Below are positions 44,001-55,652 of a stretch of DNA of 64,000 nucleotides, one piece after another. Origin of the DNA: Eledone cirrhosa. Lineage: Eukaryota. Location of the stretch: the NCBI GenBank assembly GCA_964016885.1, contig OZ024740.1, forward strand, positions 35,836,001 through 35,900,000, given 5' to 3'. Within the stretch, counting starts at the first letter, position 1. Each line of letters begins with the position of its first letter. Below the pieces are notes generated by a model that saw only the letters and a program-made list of their open reading frames with translations, ran no database searches and was not told the DNA's origin. A program made the position numbers and the translations under genes.

Positions 44001-47000
44001 AAGTAAATCTATTGGATGGTTTCTTGTACCTACCATAGACACAGGAATTAAAATCTATTGGATGGTTTCTTGTACCTACCATTGTCACAGGAAGTAAATC
44101 TATTGAATGGTTTCTTGTACCAACCACTGACACAGGAAGTAAATCTATTGGATGGTTTCTTGTACCTACCACTGTCACAGGAAGTAAATTTAATAGATGG
44201 TTTCTTGTATCTACCACTGAGAGAGGAAGTAAATCTATTGGGTGGTTTCTGGTACTTACCACTGACACATGAAGTAAATCTATTGGATGGTTTCTTGTAC
44301 CAACCACTGACACAGGAAGTAAATCTATTCGTTGGTTTATTGTAACTATGATTGGTACAGGAAGTAAAATCTATTGGATGGTTTCTTGTAACAACCACTG
44401 ACACAGGTAGTAAAAATTATTGGATGGTTTCTTGTAACTTGTAATGACACAGGAATTAAAGTATTGGATGGTATCTTGTAACTACCATTGACAGAGGCAC
44501 TAAAAATTATTGGATTGTTTCAATAACACAGGAAGTAATTACTATTGGATGGGTTCTTGTAACCACCACTGACACAGGAAGTAAAATCTATTAGATGGTT
44601 CCTTGTAACTACCACTGACACATGAAGTAAAAACTATTAGATGGTTCCTTGTAACTACCACTGACACAGGAATTAAAATATATTGGATGGTTTCTTGTAA
44701 CTTGCAATGACACAGGGAGTAAAAACTATTGGATGGTTTCTTGTAACTTGCAATGACATAGGAAGTAAAAATTATTGGATTGTTTCTTGTAGTGTTCAAT
44801 GAAATAGGAAGTAAAAAATTTGGATGGTTTCTTGTAACATGCAATGACAAAGGAAGTAAAAACTATTGGATGGTTCCTTCGAACTACCACTGACACAGGA
44901 ATTAAAATATATTGGATGGTTTCTTGTAACTTGCAATGACAAAGGAAGTAAAAACTATTGGATGGTTCCTTCGAACTACCACTGACACAGGAATTAAAAT
45001 ATATTGGATGGTTTCTTGTAACTTGCAATGACACAGGAAGTAAAATCTATTGGATTGTTTGTTGTGCCTACCACTGACACAGGAAGTAAATCTATTGGAT
45101 GGTTTCTTGTACCTACCATAGAGGCAGGAATTAAAATCTATTGGATGGTTTCTTGTAACTACCACTGACACAGGAAGTAAATCTATTGGATGGTTTCTTG
45201 TAACTACCACTGACACAGGAAGTACATCTATTGGATGGTTTCTTGTAACTACCACTGACACAGGAAGTAAATTGATTGGATGGTTTCTTGTAACTACCAC
45301 TGACACAGGAAGTAAATCTATTGGATGGTTTTTGTAAATACCACTGACACTGGAAGTAAATCTATTGGATGGTTTCTTGTTCATACCACTGACACAGGAA
45401 GTATATCTATTCGATGGTTTCTTGTACCTAGCATAGAGGCAGGAATTAAAATCTATTGGATTGTTTCTTGTACCTTCCACTGACACAGGAAGTAAATCTT
45501 TTGGAGGGTTTCTTGTACCTACCACTGTCACAGGAAGTAAATCTATTGGATGGTTTCTTGTACCTACCATAGACACAGGAATTAAAATCTATTGGATGGT
45601 TTCTTGTACCTGCCATTGTCACAGGAAGTAAATCTATTGAATGGTTTCTTGTACCAACCACTGACACAGGAAGTAAATCTATTGGATGGTTTCTTGTACC
45701 TACCATAGACACAGGAATTAAAATCTATTGGATGGTTTCTTGTACCTGCCATTGTCACAGGAAGTAAATCTATTGGATGGTTTCTTGTACCTACTATAGG
45801 CACAGGAATTAAAATCTATTGGATGGTTCCTTGTACCTGCCATTGTCACAGGAAGTAAATCTATTGGATGGTTTCTTGTAACTACCACTAACACAAGAAG
45901 TAAATCTATTGGATGGTTACTTGTACCTACCACTGTCACAGGAAGTAAATCTATTGGATGGTTTCTTATAATTACCACTGACACAGGAAGTAAATATATT
46001 GGATGGTTTCTTGTACCTACCACTGACAGAGGAAGTAAAATATATTGGATTGTTTCTTGTAACTTGCAATGACACAGGAAGTAAAATTTATTGGATTGTT
46101 TCTTTTAATTTTCAATGAAACAGGAAGTAAAAACTATTTGATGGTTTCTTGTAACTTGCAATGACACAGGAAGTAAAAACTATTGGATGGTTCCTTCTAA
46201 CTACCACTGACACAGGAATTAAAATATATTGGATGGTTTCTTGTAACTTGCAATGACACAGGAAGTATAATCTATCGGATCGTTTGTCGTACCTACCACT
46301 GACACAGGAAGTAAATCTATTGGATGGTTTCTTGTACCAACCACTTACACAGGAATTAAGAACTATTCGATTGTTTCTTGTAACTATGATTGTCACAGGA
46401 AATAAAATCTATTGGATGGTTTCTTGTAACTACCACTGACACACGTAGTAAAACTTATTGGATGGTTTCTTGTAACTTGTAATGACACAGGAAGTAAAAG
46501 TATTGGATAGTATCTTGTAACTACCACTGACAGAGGAACTAAAAATTATTGTATTGTTTCAATAATACAGGAAGTAATTACTAATGGATGGTCTCTTGTA
46601 ACTACCACTGACACAGGATGTAAAAACTATTAGATGGTTCCTTGTAACTACCACTGACACAGGAATTAAAATATATTGGATGGTTTCTTGTAACTTGCAA
46701 TGACACAGGAAGTAAAAATTATTGGATGGTTTCTTGTAATTTTCAATGAAACACGAAGTAAAAAGTATTGGATGGTTTCTTGTAACTTGCAATGACACAA
46801 GAAGTAAAAACTATTGGATGGTTCCTTTTAACTACCACTGACACAGAATTTTAAATATTTTGGACGGTTTCTCGTAACTTGCAATGGCACAGGAAGTAAA
46901 ACTATTGGATGGTTTCTTGTACCTACCACTGACACAGGAAATAAATCTATTGGATGGTTTCTTGTACCTACTATAGAGGCAGGAAGTAGAATCTATTGGA

Positions 47001-47580
47001 TGGTTTCTTGTACCTACCATTGTCACAGGAAGTAAATCTATTGGATGGTTTCTTGTACCTACCATAGACACAGGAAGTAAAATATATTGAATGGTTTCTT
47101 GTACCTAACACTGATACAGGAAGTAAATATATTGGATGGTTTCTTGTACCTACCACTGACACAGGAAGTAAATCTTTTGGATGGTTTCTTGTACCAACCA
47201 CTGACACAGGAAGTAAATCTATTGGATGGTTTCTTGTACCTTCCACTGTCACAGGAAGTAAATCTATTGGATGGTTTCTTGTACCTTCCACTGTCACAGT
47301 AAGTAAATCTATTGGATGGTTTCTTGTACCTACCACTGATACAGGAAGTTAATCTATTGGATGGTTTCTTTTACCTACCACTGTCACAGAAGTAAATCTA
47401 TTGGATGGTTTCTTGTACCAACCACTGACACAGAAAGTAAAATCTATTTTGTGATTTCTTGTACCTACTACTGACACAGGAAGTAAAATCTATTGGGTGG
47501 TTTTTTGTACCTACCACTGATACAGGAAGTAAAATCTATTGGGTGGTTTCTTGTAACTATGATTGGTACAGGAAGTAAAA
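41043..47580. repeat. 45-bp tandem satellite, right part (more diverged, no obvious kb-scale HOR)
   Basis: Same consensus resumes in register after the TSD and ends abruptly at ~47580. Confidence 0.96.
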
Positions 47581-47649
47581 ACCAACCCTGACACGAATGT
47601 TAGATTTGTTTGTACTAATATTTATATTTTGTGTTAAATATAGTAGATT

Positions 47650-47745
47650 ACACACATACACTCACACATACATACATACATGCATATATACATAATCCAT
47701 ACATACAAACATACACACACACACTGACATACACATACATACATA
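47650..47745. repeat. Compound (CA)n/(CATA)n microsatellite
   Basis: Seen directly. Confidence 0.85.
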
Positions 47746-47935
47746 CCCAGTCCATTCTGAATGATGGTGGTACTGGTGTCACAAGAAAAGAGCCCCCATT
47801 CCACCTTGTATGACGGTAATGCAAAAAGTGCATGCGAGCAAAACATGGTCACCAGATCGGCCTAATCCCATTGCGTGATAGTCCTCTAATGCATGCATGT
47901 ATGGAAAATAGACGTTAAATGTGATGATGATGATA
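47746..47935 (+). mobile_element. Decayed SINE 3' part (Octopus OK-like tail)
   Basis: Ends in ...ATGGAAAATAGACGTTAAATGTGATGATGATGAT, resembling the GGAAAGCGGACGTTAAA(TGA)n tail I recall for an abundant octopus SINE. Confidence 0.5.
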
Positions 47936-48152
47936 CTATACACATACATACATACATAATTGTATTATTTTGCTTTTACCACAACCAGTGGATCCTACCA
48001 AAGCAATTGTTTAACCAGGTTCTGCAAAGAAGCTTATGCTATGCAAAACCTACAACAGTGAAGGTTTTATGTAAATTAATCATGCATAATCATTGAAGAA
48101 TTGTCACAATAAATAACATTATGATGTGGTTTAAACACACCGAAGATTTAGT

Positions 48153-48260
48153 TACACACACACATACATACATACATACATACATACATACATACATACA
48201 TACATACATACATACATACATACATACATACATACATACATACATACATACATACATACA
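48153..48260. repeat. (CATA)n microsatellite, ~24 perfect units
   Basis: Seen directly. Confidence 0.95.
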
Positions 48261-48610
48261 TGATGGCTACCGCCTCGTTATCGAGTATAGCCATTGCACA
48301 ATATAACATTATTAATAATTATCAATTAATGCTATAGTGCAATGCCGGTGCCTAAAGATTTTTTTAAAGTGAGGAAAGACTGTAGACTGAGCCAATCCCA
48401 CTCTCTGAGCGACAGTAGCTATAACCCGAAAAGAAGAAAAGAGCAACATCATCGGTAACTATTCTGCCACAGGTTTTATGTTGGAGTTATCCCAGTTTAT
48501 TGAGTTGCTTTCTCCTGGAAGAATGCCCTGACAAAGGCTAGGGGTCCTTCACTCCCAGTGGTTTAACCGCACGATCGGGCAACTAGTCCAATTATTTCTA
48601 TGTCCCCGCG

Positions 48611-49845
48611 CATACATACATACATGATGGCTGCAAACTCTGCTAAGAGTATTGCAATCGCTTGTCAGATTCAGCTGTGTGATGCTCGAATATGACTTTT
48701 CAAGCCTGCTAGAGACTTGCACTCCTTCGCACACTGACGACAACTATGGATCTCCCTGGCCTTAGGTCTTGCATCAGGCTGCTTGTGAATCCTCACAATA
48801 CCGTGGAGATCATAGTTCACTGGTTCTCTTTGAACATGGTTGGGACTATGGCTCCTGAGACCAGATTTGCTCAAGCATATTTTTCCACACCCAGGGCACT
48901 TCAATTCAATGGAGACACCGATAGTTTCGAGAGATACACCAGGGCATTGCTTACGCACATCCCGTTTGATCTTCTCGTGCTCTATGCGTCTGTCCTCAAA
49001 ATTATGGACCCCATCACTCACCATTCCACGCCAAGTTTCGCTTTCAAGAGCTTCTATCTCACCATCAAACCAGTTTTTTTTCAATGAGTCCTTTACACAA
49101 TCCTTGAATCGGAGCCTTGGCTTGTGAGGTGGTCTCTTACCCTCACAAAGCTCGCCATACAAGAGTTATTTGGGGATTCGATCATCCTCCATTCTGCAGA
49201 GGTGTCCAGTCCATCGCAAACGCCGTTGGTGGATGATACTCTCAATACTCCGACACTCACTTCTCTCCAGGACCTCAACATCACTCACAAGCATATGCCA
49301 CTTAATACCGAGCATCTTTCTGTAGGCAACCCATGTCTCACACGCATACAGAAAAGCTGGCAGTACACATGCAGCATACACTCGCACCTTGAGCCTCATT
49401 GTGATTCCTCGCCTGCACCAAAGATGGTCGCTGAGCATTCCAAATGACTCACTTGCTTTACTAACACGTAGACCAACTTCTGCATCCAGAGAGCAGGTCA
49501 CACTCAGAGTACTCCCCAAATACACAAATGTGTCAGCATCCTTCAGCTTTTGACCGTATACGTATATGGAGGGTTTATTGAAAACTTTGTCGTCATGTAC
49601 TAACCTGCTACGGATAGTCTTCTTCAGACTGATTGACAGTACCAAAGCACTGCACGCATTCAAAAAAGAATTCATAAGGTGTTGCAGGACACTCTGGGAG
49701 TGTGCAAAGAGATCACAATCATCTGCATACAGAAATTATCTTATTAAGATACTCAGTACCTTAGTGTTGTCAGTGAGACGCCTGAGGTTAAACAGCTTGC
49801 CGGAAGTGGGATATCTGAGATAGATACCATCTTGACAATCCTTGA
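48611..49845 (-). mobile_element. 5'-truncated, disrupted RTE-clade LINE (RT C-terminus plus C2H2 zinc fingers)
   Basis: Minus-strand peptides: YLRYPTSGKLFNLRRL, FVYLGSTLS, RRLRWTGHLCRMEDDRIPK, YGELCEGKRPPHKPRLRFKDCVKDSLK, CPGCGKICLSKSGLRSH, CRQCAKECKSLAGLKSH. Stops and frameshifts present. Ends in a (TATG)n tail. Confidence 0.9.
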
Positions 49846-49950
49846 CATACATACATAAATACATACATACATAAATACATAAATACATACATACATGCAT
49901 ACATACATACACAAATACATACATATATACGTACACATATACATATACAT
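49846..49950. repeat. Degenerate (CATA)n microsatellite
   Basis: Seen directly. Abuts the RTE 5' truncation point. Confidence 0.85.
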
Positions 49951-50132
49951 ATGACCCGCTTAAATAAACTAGAGAAAAGGATTTTTACACTTTGTTTCTC
50001 AAATATATTTATTAAAAATGAAGTTTTTCCTCTAATCATGCATTAAAACATTAAGCTGTTATATTGAATGAAATATTTACAGTTTTAACTAAATATTCAT
50101 TTGATGTTATTTGTACTTTTATATTATTTCAG

Positions 50133-50157
50133 AGAATCAATGAGGAAAGCGAAGACA
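50133..50157 (+). CDS. ABCB1: Probable 25-nt micro-exon of the ABCB1-like linker (RINEESED + 1 nt)
   Basis: T-rich tract plus tttcAG acceptor and a perfect GTAAGT donor. The phase-0 start fits the upstream exon and the phase-1 end fits the exon at 55218. The acidic peptide fits the post-NBD1 linker. Confidence 0.62.
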
Positions 50158-50209
50158 GTAAGTTACATAATAGCAAAACAGTTTTATATCCTGTTTCTAC
50201 CATCTTCTT

Positions 50210-50334
50210 TTCAATCCCCGAGGTAATAACAAACAAACGCTCGATTTGTTTGGGTCGATCTCGTTATAAAGAATTGTTCGTTACAACGAATTTTTTTATA
50301 CCCCGTGAATTTCGTTATAACGGAATTTCCCTGT
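50210..50334. mobile_element. Partial copy of the neighbouring Tigger/pogo-like MITE
   Basis: ATAACAAACAAACGCTCGATTTGTTT...TTCGTTATAACGGAATTTCCCTG-TA duplicates 50495-50603. Confidence 0.65.
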
Positions 50335-50418
50335 ATTATCTTACAACCTTTATTCCTAAGTTACTTGCAGAACTTACAGTTACCCAAGAAGCAATCTTCA
50401 AATATGGCCATTTGCATA

Positions 50419-50603
50419 CAGGTAAAATTCCGTTATAACAAATACCATTATAACGAATTTTTCTGTATAACGAGTTTTTTTCAATCCCTGATATAATAAC
50501 AAACAAACGCTCGATTTGTTTCGGTCGATCTCGTTATAAAGAATTTTTCGTTACAACGAATTATTTTATACCCTGTCAATTTCGTTATAACGGAATCTCA
50601 CTA
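50419..50603. mobile_element. Tc1/mariner (Tigger/pogo-like) MITE, ~185 bp
   Basis: TA|CAGGTAAAATTCCGTTATAAC ... GTTATAACGGAATCTCACTA|TA terminal inverted repeats with TA flanks and internal GTTATAAC/ACGAA sub-repeats. Confidence 0.7.
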
Positions 50604-50744
50604 TATAAGGTAAACCTCGAGATATCAACCATAATCTTTAAAAATCAGATCGTGAATTTTCTTTAAAGACACTCTTAATAAATAAATCATCAAGTTACTA
50701 CTTAGGGAAAATCCAGATATGCATCAAACCGGTTACAGCCCTTG

Positions 50745-50892
50745 CAGCATAGAGTTACGGCCCTTTATGACTTGAGTTCAGATCACGCTGAGGTTAGCGT
50801 TACCTTTCATCCTTACGGGGTCATACAATAAAGCACCAGTAATGCACTGGGGTAATTGCTGGCCTTCTACTAAATGAAGAAACAATTATATT
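50745..50892 (+). mobile_element. Decayed tRNA-derived SINE (Octopus OR-like, Nin-type central domain)
   Basis: B-box-like GAGTTCAGATC, then CCTTTCATCCTTACGGGGTC...AAGCACCAGTAATGCACTGGGG. Same tail as 19005-19082. Confidence 0.6.
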
Positions 50893-51012
50893 CTAAACTA
50901 AAAAAAGTACTTCATATTCTGTTTATAACCTCTTCTATTAAATTGACGCTCTTTCGAACAGCATCAAAGTTGATAAAGAGTTGTACAAGTGTGATGGCTG
51001 GTTGGACTTCAT

Positions 51013-51063
51013 TGTTGTTGTTGGTGGTGGTGGTGGTGGTGGTGGTGGTGTTGGTGTTGTTGT
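51013..51063. repeat. (GTT)n/(GGT)n microsatellite
   Basis: Seen directly. Confidence 0.9.
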
Positions 51064-51588
51064 ATTGATAATGTAGGTATGGTTAGATAAGGAAACCATT
51101 GGCATCAGGTGAAACACCAGTTTTTATTGTAGGGTGGATATTTTCTTCTATTTTTCTCTTCCTCCGTACACAGACCTCTTGTGATGGTTTGCTGCCCACC
51201 GTCACCTGACGAGGTCTCGGATTCAGAGAAGTTTAAGACCGAGAAAACGGAGAGGTATATTTGTGTGTGTATTTGTATTTATGTTTAGCTGGGGGGGAAA
51301 GAGAGAACTGTTGTGATACTGGGTAGAGAGGATGTGATAGAAACCCGGCTTCGGTGGACCCCTGATCAATGTGGATCAGTCGAAAGCCTATTTTCGAGGA
51401 TTATGTAGCATTCACATCTGGTTGTCTGTGTGGAGTAGGAGGCAGTGTCGTTTCGGAAATGTTTGGGTTTCAAAGTAAGGACGATATTCCTGGGCCTAGA
51501 ATTATGTTGGTGGTAGTGCTGGGCGTTCCATCAATAGATGTACCAATAAGGTTACATCATTAGATACACGAGTAAAGTTACATTAATA

Positions 51589-51995
51589 CATGTACCACTG
51601 AAGTTATATCAGCAGATGTACCAATGAAGTTATATCAGCAGATGTACCAATGAAGTTATATCAACAGATGTACCATTGAAGTTATATCAACAGATGTACC
51701 AATGACGTTATATCAACAGATGTACCACTGAAGTTATATCAACAGATGTACCAATGAAGTTGTATCAACAGATGTACCACTGAAGTTATATCAACAGATG
51801 TACCACTGAAGTTATATCAACAGATGTACCACTGAAGTTATATCAACAGATGTACCACTGAAGTTATATCAACAGATGTACCAATGACGTTATATCAACA
51901 GATGTACCAATGACGTTATATCAACAGATGTACCAATGAAGTTGTATCAACAGATGTACCAATGACGTTATATCAACAGATGTACCAATGAAGTT
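51589..51995. repeat. 26-bp minisatellite, ~15 copies
   Basis: Unit GATGTACCAATGAAGTTATATCAACA with CACTG/CAATG and GAAG/GACG variants. Confidence 0.95.
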
Positions 51996-53090
51996 CCAAC
52001 GAAGAAACCTTTCATAAATTTCACCAGAAAACAAATACTCCCTTTCTTTCCTCAACTTCCTTTCCAAGTGGTAGTTGAAAATGTTGATAAAGGCTTGGCC
52101 TGTGTTCGCAAACTTTTCATTCGTGTTCATCACACAACTTATTTCGCAATAGCCACCAAACAGGGCAAAACTTGTGCCCTTCCTTGCCGAGAGAAGGCGG
52201 CAAGTTGATTTTCAATAGAGATTCGGCTAATAACCGAATGCGTCTCACACGCGATAGCGGATGTTCGACGACCGTGGGGCTGGACCGAGGGGATGGCAAA
52301 AGGCCACACGGTATGATCACCTTCCCGTTCCGCGGTGGCAAACCCCTCGTCTGGGATGTCACTTGCAGCGACACTTTCTCCAGCCGCAACCTGGTGCAGT
52401 CTGCGACTGACCCAGGTTCTGTTGCACGTCGGGCTGAGGAGGCCAAACTCTCCAAACACTGGTCGCTCTCCAACAGGTTTGCGGTTGTACCCTTGGCAGT
52501 GGAGACTTCTGGTGTCCTTGGCCCTAGGGCTACCTCCCTATTCACCACCATAGGTGCTGAGCTAGCCAGCTGCAGGTGTGAGCCTCGCGAGTTGGAATGG
52601 CTCTTCCAGCGCATTTCCCTTACCATCCTCCGGGGAAACGCCTTCTCCATCCTGTCTGCCGGGGCTGTGGGGAGGCCAGCACGTGGGACCCCATTTGCTC
52701 ACCATACGGATTAATAGGCAAAGTTATAAACTATTGTAAATAAATATTTATATATGCAAAAAAAAAGCTTACAAATCTGCAACGCACGTTGACTGGACGA
52801 TGGCGTGCAGGATGGTCTCGTCTCTCTGCATGTCACTCGGATAAGTTCGGTTGTTGGCACTTCTGTGCTCGTAGAGCTTGTTTCCAACAGGTAATTCCCA
52901 TCCCCATCTCTGTAGTACAGCCGATCCAAACACTTTGGAAATTGTTCATGAAACGCGCGGCATTTATTCGGTGGTCGAATGAAAAGATCACTCCTCGGAG
53001 TTTTTCGAGCGACATGCTCAGTCCATCAGTGATGTCACCCCACTTCTCTCCTGTGTATGTTGGTACTGTAACTATTCCTGCAGAACAAAA
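51996..53090 (-). mobile_element. Decayed Tx1/L1-clade LINE ORF2 C-terminus (zf-RVT region), split by a CRE insertion
   Basis: Joining minus-strand frames gives MNNFQ...LPVGNKLYEHRSANNRTYPSDMQRDETILHAIVQSTCVADL*A | VEHPLSRVRRIRLLAESLLKINLPPSLGKEG...CLVAIAK*VV...GQAFINIFNYHLERKLRKER. This is the LP...CPxC..ETxxH..xC pattern of zf-RVT, and it is continuous across the insertion. Confidence 0.65.
52271..52766 (+). mobile_element. 5'-truncated CRE-clade non-LTR retrotransposon: restriction-like endonuclease C-terminus with poly(A)
   Basis: GLDRGDGKRPHG...GKPLVWDVTCSDT...AEEAKLSKH...VPLAVETSGVLG...LFQRISLTILRGNA matches the CRE RLE pattern, with the catalytic PD read as PH. Stop at 52714, then AATAAA and an A10 tail at 52757-52766. 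Confidence 0.85.
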
Positions 53091-53609
53091 TGAAGGTCAT
53101 CCCTCTGGAACTGGTTCATTTTGACAATCGAATAGAAAAGTGAGATTTTACAGTATCGGGGTCACAGTGAAAACGAGAGAATTGGTCAAAAGTACAAAAT
53201 GTTATCGATTGAATAGCATAAAACTACCTAAACACGCTTTTTGGTAATTATGTTCAGTATGGTTTCCTTTATTCACGATAAAATTAGTTATCCGAGCAAA
53301 ATACTGAACACCATTCATTCTTTCAGGTTTGATAAAACATGAGGAGTCGATTAAATCGACCAAATTTATTCTCCAAATTATGTCAATACTTACTTTAATG
53401 ACCTGTGACACTTCGATGCAGATGATATCACTTATCACTCGTTCTTAACCATAAGCACACTGACATCATCTATGTGCAATCTTGACACCTCACCTTTGTG
53501 ACACGCACCTCGAAATCTTCTCCAAATTTAATCAATAGTTCAAAGACACGACCAAAGAGAAACAACTTGTACCTTACACAAGTCTTGGACAATATGAAAT
53601 AAAAAATAA

Positions 53610-53875
53610 AAAATTTAACGCTAGGTTTCTGAATCCCTGAAAGGCCAGAGATTATTTCTGCTCCAAACAACTGCTGACTTTCCACAAAGCTCATTTGAGA
53701 CAAACAATGGAATACAGCTCCCACATCGGCGATGGTCCTACTATTGCACACAAAATACTCTTCGATCAATACCAAACGAAGGTCATCTGACTGGACTCAT
53801 TTACTTCCACACTCTAGCCTCTTTTCCCTAGTCTTCTTATTTTACGGCTACTTTAATGGCCTCTTCTCTGCTTTT
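53610..53875 (+). mobile_element. Decayed CR1/Jockey-group LINE fragment (post-RT region)
   Basis: Translates KARDYFCSKQLLTFHKAHLRQTMEYSSHIGDG, similar to the LxxLYKAQVRPxMEYCSHIWGG motif. Stops downstream. Confidence 0.6.
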
Positions 53876-55217
53876 CAGCGTTGAGCACCAACCAAAGCTA
53901 ATTTGACAATGTTGTATGGAGTATTTTAACTGTATTAATCGAGGTACGACTGATCTCGAGGGATGATATCTGTATTCTCGACTCACTGATTCTTTCGATA
54001 ACTGACCAAGAGTGCATGAAAGCCAAACAAGAAAACATCGCAAGAATGACCAACAAATTGCACCCCACTGATTGTCAAGCAGCACTCTTTCTGTTAACGA
54101 ACTACTTCGCTCCCTTGAAATTACTCTTTTCGTTGCGTAGTGCTTCAAGCTAGTAATACACTCGAAAGATGCCTTCATCACGCAGTCATTTTAATGCCGA
54201 TCGTTGGCGTTTATTGAAACAAATTGTTCAACTGAGTCTGTAGAGTGGTTTTGGGTTTTAGATGTCGTGTATATTCATTTAACGCAGTTTAGATAATTCT
54301 ATATAACTGTCAAAGTTTATTCTTAAATATCTGATGCATTCCAACTGGGATTTTCTAAGATAAAGTTTAGCTTTACAAGCGGTTAAGAAGCTATTAAAAC
54401 ATTTCTGCAGCGACGAAGAGAATTTCCGCTATGTTCCAATCAAATAGAACAAGTCTTGGCACTTTACTGGCATTGAAAACACTTATTTTGGGACACTCTG
54501 AATCTGGTGATTAGTCCATATGTGTTTAGAGATAATTACTTTTTATATTAAACTGTGTTTAGTTCCTGATTAGAGAAATAAAGCAAATATTCTTACCGCT
54601 TGGTCTATCGCTATTTACAGACGTTAAACATGAATAAATTTCATCCTTATATCATACTTTGTTTATAGCTTAATCTTTGGAGCAAATAATCTATTCACAA
54701 CTCTTCAATGTCTGACATGACTGGATAGGGATAGCTGCCTACTAAGTTTATTTTTAAATTAGAACTTTTGGAAAAACAGTGTTTGAGGGAAAGTAGGGTG
54801 GCAGGGAGCTTGAGTGTAGCAGTTCGTGTTTTTTATATAATTTAAATCTATATCATATATTTCAAAATTGATTTTTAATCTAGGGTCATAGATTATAATC
54901 AAACGTTTTAATTGCCAATGAAATTAAAGGTCGCTTTACTGGTCTTTCTTACCTTTGACCCGATGATGTACACACGTGGTTTATTTCAGTTTAATATAAA
55001 CATAATCCACGTGGAATATTTTTTATATTGTATATTTTTATCTAACTATCTATTAGACTGATTAAAAATAATCTATAAACATTTGTTTCAAAATTTGGTT
55101 ATTTATATAATGACCAATTTGAAAGTGTTTCAAAAGAAGCTGTATGACTTCTGGAAGTGATAAGTTGCATAATCACGTAGCCTATTCTAATCAAGTATTT
55201 TTACTTTTATTTTGAAG

Positions 55218-55315
55218 CAAACAATACAGAAAAAGCGTCCACAGAACAGCGTGAAAGAGTGAAATCAATTGCATCCGATGACGAAGAAACAATGGACGAA
55301 GTATTATCGGAAGAG
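55218..55315 (+). CDS. ABCB1: Probable 98-nt linker exon of the ABCB1-like gene ((T)NNTEKASTEQRERVKSIASDDEETMDEVLSEE)
   Basis: T-rich tract plus AG acceptor and GTTTGA donor. Open only in the phase-1 frame set by the micro-exon and ends phase 0. Charged linker-like peptide with an RxxS motif. Confidence 0.68.
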
Positions 55316-55563
55316 GTTTGACATGTTTTAAATTACATTTATTTATGGCAGTGTATAAACATAGTTACATCACACTTGATCTAAGATGATGTTCGTGAGA
55401 TGTGTAATGAACACATTTTGAATTTGATGTGAACGTAACTTTGAACTTACAAATATTTGTATTATTATAGACATAGAATATTCGAAAATATTCTGTATGT
55501 TTATAATAAACATTTTGAAGACCTAATCGCTATAGAATAGAATACGTCACGTATTACAATTAG

Positions 55564-55652
55564 ATTCTCGACAAAAGCAAGGGAAGTAATCTACGCGTTT
55601 CATTCTTGTTAGAAATCATCAGGACCACATATCCAGTGCTTTTATCGAGAAT
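55564..55652 (-). ncRNA. Type I hammerhead ribozyme, first of 8 minus-strand copies (repeat every 310 nt to ~57800)
   Basis: Minus strand GTGGTC-CTGATGA-TTTCT AACA AGAAT-GAAA-CGCG-TA^GATTAC. Stem I is GUGGUC/GAUUAC, extended by ATTCTCGATAAAAGCA/TGCTTTTGTCGAGAAT. Minimal palindromic stem III ACGCGT. Confidence 0.85.

Noticed and set aside
19478-47336. Repetitive ORFs (GWFLVPTTDTGSKSI, VVGTRNHPIDLLPVS) suggesting a repeat protein
   Set aside because: The 45-bp unit is a multiple of 3, so several frames on both strands stay open. Frequent 46-bp monomers frameshift them.
19555-47580. CRISPR-like appearance (constant part plus variable middle)
   Set aside because: The variable parts are point variants of two sub-types rather than unique spacers. 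There are no cas genes and the context is a eukaryotic intron.
48310-48610. Possible RTE 5' UTR or SINE fragment on the minus strand
   Set aside because: Only a vague resemblance; boundaries and family cannot be supported without a search.
51346-51390. CTGATCAATGTGGATCAGTCGAAAGCC hammerhead-like string
   Set aside because: The core is CTGATCA and is itself sequestered in the hairpin, and stem I/III registers do not fit. It would need an assumed deletion.
51589-51995. 26-bp repeats as a possible CRISPR or iteron array
   Set aside because: Head-to-tail with no spacers; an ordinary minisatellite.
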